Source of the DNA: Camelus ferus
Taxonomy: Eukaryota
Length of the DNA stretch: 64,000 bases
Assembly: GCF_009834535.1 (NCBI RefSeq)
Contig: NC_045697.1
Location: 68,016,001 to 68,080,000, forward strand
Reading direction: 5' to 3'
Part shown: one piece after another, positions 13,647-26,160 of the stretch
How the letters are laid out: every line of letters starts with the position of its first letter
Position numbering within the stretch: position 1 is the stretch's first letter
Position numbers and translations under genes: made by a program
Notes under the pieces: model-generated
What the model was told of the DNA's origin: nothing
Seen by the model: the letters and a program-made list of their open reading frames with translations, nothing else
Database searches by the model: none

Positions 13647-13880
13647 TAAATTAGGAGTTGGGGATTAACAGACATGTTACTATATATAAAATAGATAAAC
13701 AACAAGATCCTACTGTATAGCATAGGGAACTATATTCAATTTCTTGTAATAATATATAATGGAAAAGAAGCTGAAAAGAAAAAATATATATGTATGTACA
13801 AGTATAACTGAAACACTCTGCTGTACACCTGAAACTAATGTTGTAAATCAACTACACTTCAATAAAACATTTTTAAAAAG
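13647..13880 (+). mobile_element. Artiodactyl-type L1 3' tail (5'-truncated)
   Basis: aaattaggagttggggattaacaga...cctactgtatagcatagggaactatattcaat...ctgctgtacacctgaaactaa...cttcaataaaa; homologous to 20705-20940 (-) and 45070-45290 (+). Confidence 0.9.
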
Positions 13881-14119
13881 CAATATGCATATGGGAAAAA
13901 CAAATTAAATCAATATTTAAAATCAGATCTTTCCATAGTGCTTGCCACCTGAAATTAAAACATCACAAGAATTCTCATTTTGAAAAACAAATAAAAGAAC
14001 CATTTTAATTAATCATATTGATACTGAGAATAGTTGAATATTAATGCGTAAGATATTAGCTGGTATAGGAGTAACAATCTAACAAATCTGATGGCAAAGT
14101 ATGAAGAATAAATAATGAT

Positions 14120-14225
14120 GAAAATTGGATTCTAATCTAGTTTTGACATAATGCAGCTGCAATCTATGCAAAATCATTTAATCTCTATGGTCTGGTTTTC
14201 CACTTTGTAAAATAATGTTTTACCA
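14120..14225 (+). mobile_element. MIR fragment
   Basis: ggattctaatctagttttgaca...gcaaaatcatttaatctctatggtctggttttccactttgtaaaat resembles the MIR core. Confidence 0.5.
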
Positions 14226-16589
14226 TGCTGAGCAGTAATCTGTAGTTACTATTATTTAAATAAGTCATCCTATTACAAATCTTAATCTAGTATTTTCACT
14301 TTTTGGCCACCATCCTCAATAAGCAGGGAAGAAAAAGGAAAAAAGAGATTAAAAAAATGATTGAATATCTACTATGTGTTTCCCAGTGTTCTAGGTATTT
14401 TATAATTACTGTTTTGCTTAATTATCATAATTACTTTTTGTAGTAAATATGTGAATTAAAAAGTTGAAGATTTTGTGGCTTGACTAGTAATTTCTCTGTA
14501 AAAAATGATTAATGCAAGTACACACCTGTGAGACTCTCATTCAAATTTGCACTTGGATGTGACACTCAATGTGAACAAGCTAGAAGTTCCTACTACCTTT
14601 CTGCCTCCCACGACCATCTGCCCTCCCTACATACACAACTGCACTCATGCAAAACTCTATGCAAATACACTTCAATTGGCAGAAACTGTGTTAACCATAC
14701 ACCAGCAACTTTATGTTTCCCCAGACACTAGCGTCAACTAGTTCTTTAGGAAGTTTGTGCTTTGTGCCCTATATTTATACCTTTGACTCTAATCTTTTGA
14801 TTCTGCTATTTTAAAATTTTTCCCTAGTGTTACATATTTTTAAAGTTGTTCTTGCTCAGTGAAGGGAAGGGAATAATTATCTCAGCCTTTTTGGTAAAGT
14901 GAAAGAATATATTAAGACCTAGATATTTGTTTAGATTTACTGATATCAAAAATTTGCTTAATGGCATCTGACTTTGGTTTGATTGGATCTCATTACCACA
15001 TATTTAATAATATTCTTCTCCCAAATCCTGAGTTATTTTGTAAACTTCACTTGAGTTACATGAAAAAAACAGGATCCACTCCAACCTTTTAAACTATATT
15101 TCACAAAATACACAATTTATTATCTACTGGTAGACCTTAGCAGACTAATTCAGATTTTGAAAAAATAAAATTTATCAGTATCTACTGAGTTTTATTTTGT
15201 CATTGGTTATTTATGAGAACAATACACATATTGTCAGGAGAAATCATAGACAAAAAGAAAAACTAATCTAATGAAGTAATAATGTTGTTAACTGTCTTCA
15301 CAAAACATGATAGAATATATACAAATGACCAGAATAACAAAGCTTTGGCCACACTTTACAGTATATCATATATCATAAAAATGAATAGTGGCTCACAAAT
15401 AAATGTTTTTAGGGATAAGTTTGTTCATATCTTTTCAGTACTTGATGTAACAGATTGTGATACCACATGGAAATAAAAATATATTAAAAAAAACTTCACA
15501 GCTGCTATTCTAAAATACAGGTTTCTAAATGTTGATTAAAAAAAATTAGAAATTTTACAGAAAATCTGTGCAGTATTACTGCAATATCTAGTGTAATTTT
15601 AAAGGTATTATACATCAGAGACTTTCACTTGCATTTATTTGTTCTAATAGCCCACTGATCAAAACAAACAAGCCAAAACTAATAATGCAGCATAACTATG
15701 AGGGAGAAAAACACTAAAAAAATATATAATTAGTCCATCCACATTTGAATTTGCATGACATGCTTCTCCTATAAAATAGGTGACTTTTTAAAAAAAATGA
15801 TAATTTTATGATAAATTCATTGTATTCATAATCTTCCTTATTAATATTTATTAATTATATCTCTGCCTCAGTAAACAGACGAAAATATATACACTTAATT
15901 TAATAAAAATTAGTTTGTAATTTAAAGAATTAGTAAACACTAGTTCAAATAAATTTTGAATGTATTATAAAATATTTAAATGGTCCTTTATTACTTATGA
16001 AATACATGTATTAAAAACAGCTAATTTAGTACATCTTGGACCAGTAAATTTCAGGTTTAAACGCAGTTTAATAATAAGTTTTAACATTTATGATCAAGCA
16101 TTAAACCTTTTTTAAAACATGGCTACAGCAAAATAGTATTTTTTTCTTGCAAAATAGTGTATGATCCGGAGAAAAAGAGATTTGTACAATTCTAGCTTTG
16201 TAAATACAGTGATTCTAGTTGATAACATATTATGGGAATATACTGTATTTTAGTTTAAAATTACAATGCAAAAGATAGCATAAAGCTTCAATGAAGACTG
16301 AACTTTTTTATGTTAATCAACATAAAAGGCACAGGTAATCACAACTTCAATACAGTAAGAGACTAAAATAAATGGAAGATAATCAATCCAATTTGAGCCC
16401 TTGTTTAAATTCTGTAAAGTTGAAAATAGCCTGTGTGAATCTATGTTTAGCAGATGCCCCTCATTTTACATAAATAAACTTTAAAAGTGGGGGTATCATC
16501 ACATATCATTCTGAAGCAACTACTGGCATAATGCCATTGCTCCTCAAATAAAAACATGAAAAAATTTGTTCAAAATATTTTGTCACTGA

Positions 16590-17780
16590 GAACTATAGAA
16601 TAAAACCACAGTGAGATGAGATACTACTACTTATCTATTTGAATGGCCAAATGGAAAGAAAAAAAAAAGCTGACAATAGCCAATGCTAGTGAGCATGAGG
16701 AACAACAGAACTTTGATTCATTGCTACTGAGGTTATGCAGTAGAGCAATAGTAAGATCTCACATATAGAAGTCAATCTTTTCCTTTAAACTATTATTCAA
16801 GAGTCAGAAAATAGCATTATTGTACCTAAAATATTTAAAAAGCTAAAAAATAAAACTAGCCATTAGTATAAAAAGTTTTATAAATGTAAAAACCAATAAT
16901 CAGAAAACATTATTGAAGACCATAAAACATAACAAGTTAATGGAGAGCTGTGCAATGTTCATGCATGAGAAGGATCAATATTCTAAAGCTGTCAGTTCCA
17001 CTCAAAATTAACCTATAAACTCAGTAGTTCCCCCCCCAAAATAAATAATATTTTATATAATTTGACATGGGGCTTTTAAAATACAAATGGAACCACAATT
17101 TGTAAAATTAACCAAGAGAGTTTAATTAAACAAAGAAATATAGTAGCCTTGATCTATGACCTAATTATAGCATCTTATAAAACTATAGTAAATAAAATGG
17201 TGTGTCATTTAATCGAAAACAAATAAATATATAATTAGAAATCATTAGAAAATTTATAAAGTCACTGACAAACACAAAACAGAAAAATCAGTAGATGATA
17301 AAAATAATATTTCAAGTGATTACAGAAAAGTCATTATCTTATAATTTGTATTTTAAAATTGATTATCTGGAGAATTACATAATACAACTTTTACACCACA
17401 CCATTCATAAAAATAAATTTCTGATGAATTAAATATCTAAGTATTTTGAAAGTATGGGAGTGTTTTGGAAACATAAATATTATCTTTGGAGAAAGAAAGC
17501 TTTTCATAACAGAAAAAGGGAAATTATGGAAATACTACACCATCAATTTTATTATCTACATGGCAAATGGCACCATGAAATCTTTAAATCAATAAAGGTT
17601 GTTTCTAGAGTATGTACACAATTAATACAATTAAATAATAAGAAAAAAATGGGAAAATAAGAAAAAGGACAAAATTATAAGACAGTAATTCACAGAAAAT
17701 ATTTATATATGGCAAATAAATGTTTAAAGCAATTTATAAAATACATATGATAAAAGAAACAAATTAAATTGTTAATAAAT
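16590..17780 (+). mobile_element. Very old L1 (L1ME-like) ORF2 fragments
   Basis: taaaaccacagtgagatgagatactac...gctgacaatagccaatgctagtgagcatgaggaacaacagaac, then decayed ORF2 3' half (aatgttcatgcatgagaaggatcaatatt...ttataaaactatagtaaataaaatggtgtg). Confidence 0.65.
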
Positions 17781-18849
17781 GAATTCTTCCCTCCATTCTC
17801 CTGTCTGGTTATAGCAAATGTAAGAGTGTAAGTCTTACAATCATTTCTTTGTTGTATATGAAGTTACTTCTGCACCTGTTCTTTTGCCTCACCTGCACAA
17901 GGCAAAAGTAAAGAATACAGTATACAGAATTTCCATGTGTAAAGGCTGCTTTGATCACTACTGGTGTTTAAATTTACTATGTGTAGAAAAAGCATGTCTG
18001 TTTGCTGCACTCAGTGCCCCTTACTAGGTTCCTAAAAGACTGGAATTAAAATGTACCGCGCCCCCCCCCCCCGTCATTTACATCCCACTTTTATGTGTTG
18101 CTGCTTTTATGGAGTGCTAAATTGCTTAATTAAATTTTACTAGTTTATTCTTCTTGCTCATTCATATCCTACTTAATTCAGCCTACCACATTTTCTTCCT
18201 TAAAATGAACATACGAAATCTTATGATGTATTTTGAGAGGTACATTTGGGCTGTGAAAATGGGTAAGTGGTTTAACGTGAAAGGTGATTTTTGTTGAAAA
18301 AGCAACTGAATACTCCATTTGTGTAGAAAAGTCACAGACAACATTTGCATGTTGGGTTTAACAAAGCTTTTGGAGGGGTAAATACTGGATTAAATGTTTG
18401 CTTTTACTAGGTACCATTCTTGCCTGTTTCTAAGCTATTGTTCTGTATGTTTGGAACATTCTTTATTCCTAAAACTAAGAATTGTGCATATAATACTCCC
18501 TGTAACAAAATCCCTGTTTAGAGTCTGTAAGAAGAGGAAGCACTAATGTTTTTGTTTTGTTTTGTTTTGTATTAATGCTTTCTTTATCAGAATGCCTTCA
18601 TAATTGAAGATGGCTGGTACACGATGAAGGATTGGAGTGCTTCCATATCACTCTTTCAGCACTAGCACTTCTAAAACTTTCCATTCTTCTTGGAACTGTT
18701 TCTTCTCTTTTCAGATGGCCTCAAATATTTAAATTAAAAACTATGATCATTTAAAATAATTATCTTCATTGTTTCTTCTTCACATATTAAGGATTGACTG
18801 TAGCTTTGAGATAGTGACTGAGTATATTCAAGGTCTGAAAGAAATCAGT

Positions 18850-19030
18850 GTCTAGGGTAAAGTGAGCTAGATTTTCATTAGCTTTAGAAAGGAGTCAGGA
18901 GATAAAATATGCAGAACCTAATATGTCTTCATAAAGAATGTGGATTTAATCTAAGCACAATTGATAGTAAATGAAATATTTAAGCAAGAAAGAGGTATGA
19001 CCTAACTTGTGTTTGTTACAGGTTACTATG
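18850..19030 (-). mobile_element. L2 fragment
   Basis: aagaatgtggatttaatctaagcacaat...tttaagcaagaaagaggtatgacctaacttgtgttt resembles antisense L2. Confidence 0.5.
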
Positions 19031-19039
19031 GTGAGATCC

Positions 19040-19730
19040 CAGCGTTCAGTCATGACAGATTAAATGGTACCAGATTTGATCTCTTCATGAAAACTACTAC
19101 AAAACAGGGTAAACAGATATGAGACAGAACATTTCAGTCATGGGACGATAGGCAGAGAACTGTGATTGCAGAGAGAAGAGACACACAGGAGGTGAGCCAG
19201 ACAATTGTAGCATGATCAGAAAGGGGGCTCCATATGTCTCTGCAGAGAATCACCATGGGTCCTTGGAAGAGGGCTAAGTGGTTCACTTCAGATAGACATT
19301 TGAGTCCCAATCTGGTCAGAGTGGAAAGATGCCCAAGAGCGCACTGGGCATTCAGTCAAGACTCCAGAAAATGCTCTGACTTAGAAGTAAGGACCACACC
19401 ATGTGGTAAATGGCATACCCTGTCCTAAGTACAAAACAGAAATAGAACCTACTTAACACAGAATAAGATCAAATCTGGTAGGACTGAAGTATAAACCAGC
19501 AATTTGAATACCTGGCAAAACAAAATGCAATGCCCTCTAATGGGGGACAAAATGGTCCAAATACTCCACAATATAATCCACTGTGTCCAACATAAAATTT
19601 AAGAACAAGAAAATACTAGATGTGAAAAAACATGAAAGATCATCTTATAAACAAAAGAAGGAGCAATAAGAAACTTAACTTCAAAATAATCCAGGTGTTG
19701 TAATTAATAGAAAATAATTTTAAAGAAGCT
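19040..19730 (+). mobile_element. Old L1 5' region (L1M4/L1MD-like 5'UTR to ORF1 start)
   Basis: ggtaccagatttgatctc...aaaactactacaaaacagggtaaacagatatgagac...ctgtgattgcagagagaagagacacacaggaggtgagcc...ccaggtgttgtaattaatagaaaataattttaaagaagct. Confidence 0.65.
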
Positions 19731-20034
19731 GTTGTTTCTTTTCCTCTGCTACATTATCATGTGGATACTGTTTTCAATAGTGCAGCAGAAAGGGGAAAGT
19801 GCAGGAAATAAAAATAGCTGTAGTTATAACCAGAGAAACAGAGTTATTAAGAGAAATAATTTATTAAATTACTTTCCAAGTGAAATTTGGACTACGTTCA
19901 ACAAGTCTCAAGTTTCCTAAACTTTCATTTTCTTATGTTTAAGCTTGAAATAATGATACAAATTTCAACACACAGCTCTTTTTTTACTGTAAGAGTAGGA
20001 GGTGTGTTCCTTCCACCTCTCTACATCCTGGAAT

Positions 20035-20667
20035 TGAGACAGGATGGAAAGGGGCAGAGTACAGCCATTCAAGCAATGCTACAGCAATTAACATCAAAAT
20101 GGTGAAATATTCAACCCCTAGTAGGTCTTGAGGCTCAGGATGGTGAGAGATTTAACTTCTTGTAGATCTTGAGCTTCATTATATGCTCATTGTAATACAT
20201 TAACATGGTGAATAACACACCTACAGTACCATGGCAGTCCCAAGTCTAGCCACAAAAGGTCAAAGAGTGGGAAATGGCCAACTTCTGGGAATCCCAGCCC
20301 CTGCCCCAGGCTACTTAGACTGGTCCTTCCACTTATTAGCATATGAAGCCACCAAGCCCATAAAAACTAGCAACATGGGCACCTCTCAGCCACCCCTCTC
20401 TCTCCCTCTTCAGAGACAGCCCACATTCTGTCTATGGAGTGTGTACCTACTTTTAATCTGAGCACCCAACTTCCTCACCTCGTAGCCTTTCTCTTGCCTT
20501 TCAATGTATCTCTCTGAATAAATCTACCTTCACTCAACTGTGGCTCACTCTTGAATTCTTTCCTGCGCAAAGCCAAGGACCCACACTTGGCGGGGCACAT
20601 CCCGGGGGCTCAGCTGAAGCCTGGGACACAGCCCTTTCTCATGCCCCACATCTGTTTTCCTGCATCA
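20035..20667 (+). mobile_element. Solo LTR of a class I (ERV1-type) endogenous retrovirus, 633 bp
   Basis: TG...CA termini; perfect 4-bp TSD GAAT (20031-20034 and 20668-20671); TATA-like CATAAAAA 20359-20366; AATAAA 20517-20522; U5-like ttgaattctttcctgcgcaaagccaaggaccc. Confidence 0.9.
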
Positions 20668-20704
20668 GAATGACCAATGTAAGCCCTATTCAGTTTTTCA
20701 ATTG

Positions 20705-20940
20705 TATTTTTTATTGAAGTGTTGTTAATTTACAACATCAGTTTCAGGTGTACAGCAAAGCTATTCACTTATACTTACATGTTTTTTTTTTCTTTTCCCA
20801 GATTCTTTTCCATGATATGTTATTACAAGAAATTGAATATAGTCCCTGTGCTATACAATAGGGCCTTGTTGTTTATCTATTTTACATATAGTAATGTGTA
20901 TCTGTTAATCCCAAACTCCTAATTTATCCCTCCCCCTCCT
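20705..20940 (-). mobile_element. Artiodactyl-type L1 3' tail (5'-truncated), antisense
   Basis: ttttattgaagt...caggtgtacagc...ttgaatatagtccctgtgctataca...tgttaatcccaaactcctaatttatccctcccc; reverse-complement homologue of 13647-13880. Confidence 0.9.
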
Positions 20941-21419
20941 TGTTCATTTATTTTTGAAAATGCAAATATGGTCATACTCTAAAAACTGTTTTACAATGTG
21001 TCATTTGTATTTACTTACTCATATGTGACATCATCATATATAGTCACCAGTACCTAGTTATCCTGCTCTTCTTCTGATCTCTTCTTTTTCTAAATGAGTT
21101 AAACTTTTTTAGATGGAGTTCTTAGAACACAAACCATTTCATGTCATGGTACAGTTTTGGCCACAGTTTTGAAGACTCTATTTTAAAATTCAGAAGCCAG
21201 AAATTCATTCATTTTTCTGGTTCAACATTTCTGTTATGTCACCATTAAGAAAATGTCAAATCCAGTGCTGGATCTATTGGTTTCTGCTGGGGAAAGGGAG
21301 GAGAGGCTTCATTAATGTATCAAAAGAATTGTTTGCAACTCTGTGGTCATGTTGTTTATTTAATATGTAAATAATGCCAAGATGAACTTCAAATGGCCCC
21401 AATCCTAATTGTGTTTCTT

Positions 21420-21540
21420 TCCTTACTAGTAGCAGGCACTGACTGAACATACTTGGTTTACAAGGAACACAGCAAGAACAGAACAGGAAGAAAAAAAAAA
21501 ACAACAAAACTCTGCTGTCACAGAGCTTACATTACGATTG
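21420..21540 (-). mobile_element. L2 3' end fragment
   Basis: gcaggcactgactgaaca...cacagcaagaacagaacag...ctctgctgtcacagagcttacatt. Confidence 0.5.
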
Positions 21541-22763
21541 TAAGACTCCCAAAGACACATTAGAAATGAACTTAGTGTGCATCTATACTCAATACATTTC
21601 TACATCAATTGCTCACCTTGCAAACACTATTTTGTGCATCAAATTTCATTTCATCATGCAACAAATAAAATATATTTATTGATGTAATATTCAAATTTGT
21701 CATATAGAATATCCCCTATATTGCCTAATGCAAGAAAACATATTTCATCATTATTTGATAATCACCTTAAAAGTATCTGTTAATATTCTAATGTAGTATT
21801 ATATTATCGATGGTAAAAATGTCTTTGCTTTACTGAAGTTATAATCTAACAGTAACAATAAAAACAGTGACACAATGTTAAGTCATTGCACTTGCGGATC
21901 ATTCCTAAAATTCTTATCATGTAATGCTCTAGAGGTTTCTGGACAGTTTATATGCATCAAACTGCAGACAAGCAATTAAACATCTAGACTCAAATAAAGC
22001 AGTACTCCTAGTCTCATAGAGTGATTTTTAGATTTTTTGTTTTTTCACAGAGCATCATTTTAATAGCTATCTCTTTTTTTAAGGCATACTTTACTCAAAT
22101 ACTCATGACCACGATGTTTAAGTTCTTGTTTCAAATTCCCAAACTTCAAATAATGTAATTTTAGGACAAAAAATATCTTAGAACTAATCCAATTCAACCC
22201 TGCTACATTAAATACAGACAACACTCACTATGGCCTATATGGTAAAATGTTTTATATTTTTTAAACTAATTAATTGCCGCAGAACCAGGACTTGAATCAT
22301 TCTCAAATTTCCCAATTTCACACATTTATAAACTTGTCAGTATCATTTAGCTCCTTTGTTTTTATTATTAACATTTAAAATTGGTGTGAAGTCCTTCATC
22401 TTTAAAAAATGATTACTGTATGGTTACTTTTGAATAGATTTTATCCTAATTCTTTATTTCATCAGGAGACTAGATGACTCCCAATGTAATAGTGAGCTTT
22501 CTAGGTTGGCCAATCTTTTAATTTTTTTAAAAAAATTGTCTGAAATAGTTTTATACCTAATTTATAGCTGAAAATCACTCATGGGATTTTAGGACATAAA
22601 TATATTCAGATATTTCTTATCTCTCACAACTACCTTTAAGACTAATGAAAGAACAATGAATTTTACTTCCTTCTTGCTTATTCAACAAAACAGATAAGGT
22701 TAACAAACATTTAAACAAGCAATCAGGTATATGTTAACTTAGCAAATAGATAATTTCTATTTC

Positions 22764-22782
22764 TGTGTGTGTGTGTGTGTGT
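22764..22782. repeat. (TG)9 microsatellite
   Basis: Read directly. Confidence 0.95.
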
Positions 22783-25700
22783 ATAAACATATAGTATCAA
22801 TGTAGAATTGAAAATAAAGGCATTATATAGATTTTTCTTTGTCTGTTCATGGAAATCATTTAACAAATAGAAAATTAGGTTTTATTTTTTATTAATTTTG
22901 GCAATGCATTTGACCAAGTTTGCTAAATATGGGTAATTCCTTACTTAAATTGTAAAATTTCAATTTTGGCTTGAATCTCATTCAGAAGCATCACATCAAT
23001 TGTCAGAAGAATATTATCCAATGAAAGGCAAAAAAACCTCAGGAAGTAAGAGAACAGATTGTTTAATAGCAATATTCCCTATACAGGAGCATATGACATT
23101 AGGCAATAAAACCATCTTTCATCCTGTGACTCCTCACCATGTGGTCTCGGCATGTCTGTGAGAGAATCAGGCATTTATTACTTCATATGTCCTCTGATAC
23201 TTTGGGATTATCACTTAATTAACTCAGTATAAATAGACTGAACAAGTGGTGTAAATCCCAGTGGACACAACACTTAGAAATCTATGATGGATCCTCAAAA
23301 GAAATCCTGGAAAATGAACTAACAAGAAATAGAGAAGTGACACCTGCTTCAGATCAGGATTTGAGATTATGACAAACACTTTATTTTTCAGCACATGTGT
23401 TTTAGTTCTGGCTGACACATTAACCAGTTATAAATAAACAGACATTCACTAAAATATTATAGAATCTTTTCCATGATTCTCAGTTTGGAGAAATATTAAA
23501 GGATTAGAGATTAGTTTAATTTCTAGACACAATTTTAATACTTGCTCTATTTTGGCTGAATTTAAGAGAATTCAATAAAACCATTAGTTGATGACGGAGA
23601 CATACTTTCATTTCATGTTGGAGACAATAAAGAGCATTTGTGTATTATTTGCTGTAAAATATGAGAAAGCTATAACTAATGGCATTGGGGTTTATTAGTT
23701 TTTAAAGGTTTCCTCAAAAGTGAACTTAAACCTCTTAATCAAATCTCTCTGTGACCATTTAGGAATCTGATTCAACTCTTTTAGAGATTACCCTGAAGAG
23801 TATAATTCAGAAATTTATTAGGTCAGATCAAAGAGTAGTACTAGATGTTTTAGACCAAATTGCATCTAAAGACAAGCATCAAAAAATTATAATGCAATTT
23901 TAGCCAAACTATATCTTATATGCATGTTATACCAGTAAATTTTCCTGGACTTTACTGTTAGTGGATCTTTATAAATGGAAATAAATATTCATATCATTGT
24001 TATCAAAAGTGCACTGGACATTTTATAGTTTAATATATTTTAAAGTATATAAAGAACAGCAAACTGAAACATACTTTTGCTGACCCTGCCCAGGATTATT
24101 TTAGAGCTTAAATAAACAAATACATTTGTGTCTGCATCTAAAGACAGAAAGGTGGCTTAATAAATGAAGCTTTTAGCAAGGGACATCCCAGCTCCATAGA
24201 AGTCACTTCTAAATCCTTACAAGATGTCTCAGATACAGATCAATTGAATACATCATATGCTATTATGCAGAATTTTTTTTCCTGCTGGTACTGTGGGAAA
24301 AAAAAGTACTCAGTTTAAAAAACACTGAGATTATTAAATAAGGGATTCTGAGAATCTATTTTGCTTGATCAAAACTTCTAGTGCAGTGACACACATAAAC
24401 TTTGGAGAGCCATCTATTTCAATAAGCAGTTTGTATTTACTCATTCCAATGATCACAGGCTTTTATTTGAAGTAATTATAGGGTCATCAAATAATGAGTG
24501 ATGTGGAAAGACTGTTGTGGTAACATAAAAAAAGAATAAACATCAAAATGTTGTTTCTTTTTTTCTAGATAATAATTAAAATTACCTTCACATTAATGAA
24601 TTGTGGTACTCCCTCATTTTCCCATATGCTGTTCCTTAACTTACGTACATTAGTTATAAATAAAAAAAGGGCTTTATCAGGTTTATTCAAATTATTAACA
24701 CACTAAACAATATTGGTATTTATCCACTTCTCCCTTCTCAAGTGCAAAAGGGGAAGTATTCATGAGAGTGCTACCTACAGCTTAAGGTATTTTCTATTAG
24801 AAATGGTGTAAAAAACCAGTTTATGGTTAGAGATCAGAGTGTAAGGAAATTCTCATTCTGAATTCATTACCCAGAGGTGCACATGTCTGGTGGAGACAAT
24901 CTGTTCACGTGGCTGCTGGAATACTGATGACAAACTAAGGGCCTGGCCTGCCACCCACAATACTGATAAAGTCTCTAAAGACACTGTGATTCAAACAGTA
25001 TTCCTTAAAATAGCTTTTTGGACCCTGTGTGCTTGCAGTTCTCAAACTCTTGAGAGTTAACCAAATTGACTACCACATACAGGCCCTGACCTGCTGCCAG
25101 AGAAATGTACAGCCTTGATTGCAGGCAGGCAGTAAGTAATTTTCATGCACATTCAGTTCCCTCTATGTCGACTTCCGGCGGATTTTATTTCTCTAGTGAA
25201 TGTGTTATTTTTTGAATCCCATTGAATATACTGCTGATGGCCTCACCTGTTTCTGTCAGTATGCCAGCCTGAACTTTAGCAGTCTTCACTCTGATTTTAA
25301 GGCCACTTAGATTATGTCATGAGATAGTTTTGACAAATACCAGGATAAGAAGTATTTATATGTATAATAAATAAAAAGAGAAATAAATAATAATTTGTTA
25401 GGTAAAATTAAATATTATATTTAATATTGTTTTACTTTATTATCTTTGGGATGATCTACACATTTAGAATTACTTTATAAATTTCATTCACATAAATCTT
25501 CACTAGAAGAACTAGCTCAGATTCTCCTTCTACATTTTTACTACTAGTCTTGACTGTGTGTTGCAGCTTCTTGATTTTTGGTCCTATAACAACATGCTGA
25601 AACTGAGCACATTTTAACTTCCAATTAAGAACGTGATCTCTTTTATTTAAATCCATAGGTTCTCGGTAATCAATGGGTAAAAGTACTGGTGCTGTACTTT

Positions 25701-25994
25701 TTAAAGGACAAGTACTTTTACCTAGTAAAACGTAAACATGGCTTTTCAAGGATTTCCATATAATAAATAACAGACAACCCAGTGATTTTCTCTAAGATAT
25801 AGGGAAATTTCTGGCCCATTTCTAAACGAAGCAAAATCATAAATTTATTATTGAATGTCAAAGGGTTAGTTCCAGCTGAATTAATGGCTTTTGTTGATTT
25901 TTTTTTTCTGGACAGAAGCATGGATTTTGACTTATTTGTTAACCAGACCATTAAACTCAAAGTAAAAGAAATAATGAAAAAAATAAAGTCTATT

Positions 25995-26160
25995 ATTTAT
26001 TGTGTCTACGGTGCACCCATGCATTGTGTTGGGTGATGATAAATGATAGACAGACAGATAGACAGTCTAACATCGTCCTCACAATAAGTTTAATACTGAG
26101 GAAATGGAGAATCGCATAAGCTTAAAGATATCAAATCTAGTATGAATTACAAGGAGCACT
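25995..26160 (-). mobile_element. L2 3' end fragment
   Basis: tatttattgtgtctac...ccatgcattgtgttgggtgat...gtcctcacaataagtttaatact. Confidence 0.45.

Noticed and set aside
23861..24146. 14-bp direct repeat TGCATCTAAAGACA 272 bp apart as the TSD of an unknown insert
   Set aside because: No poly-A tail or element termini inside; one such match is plausible by chance in 64 kb of AT-rich DNA
25247..25310. Minus-strand coding exon ending at CAG|GTGAGG
   Set aside because: No good acceptor, an in-frame stop just upstream and an unrecognised peptide
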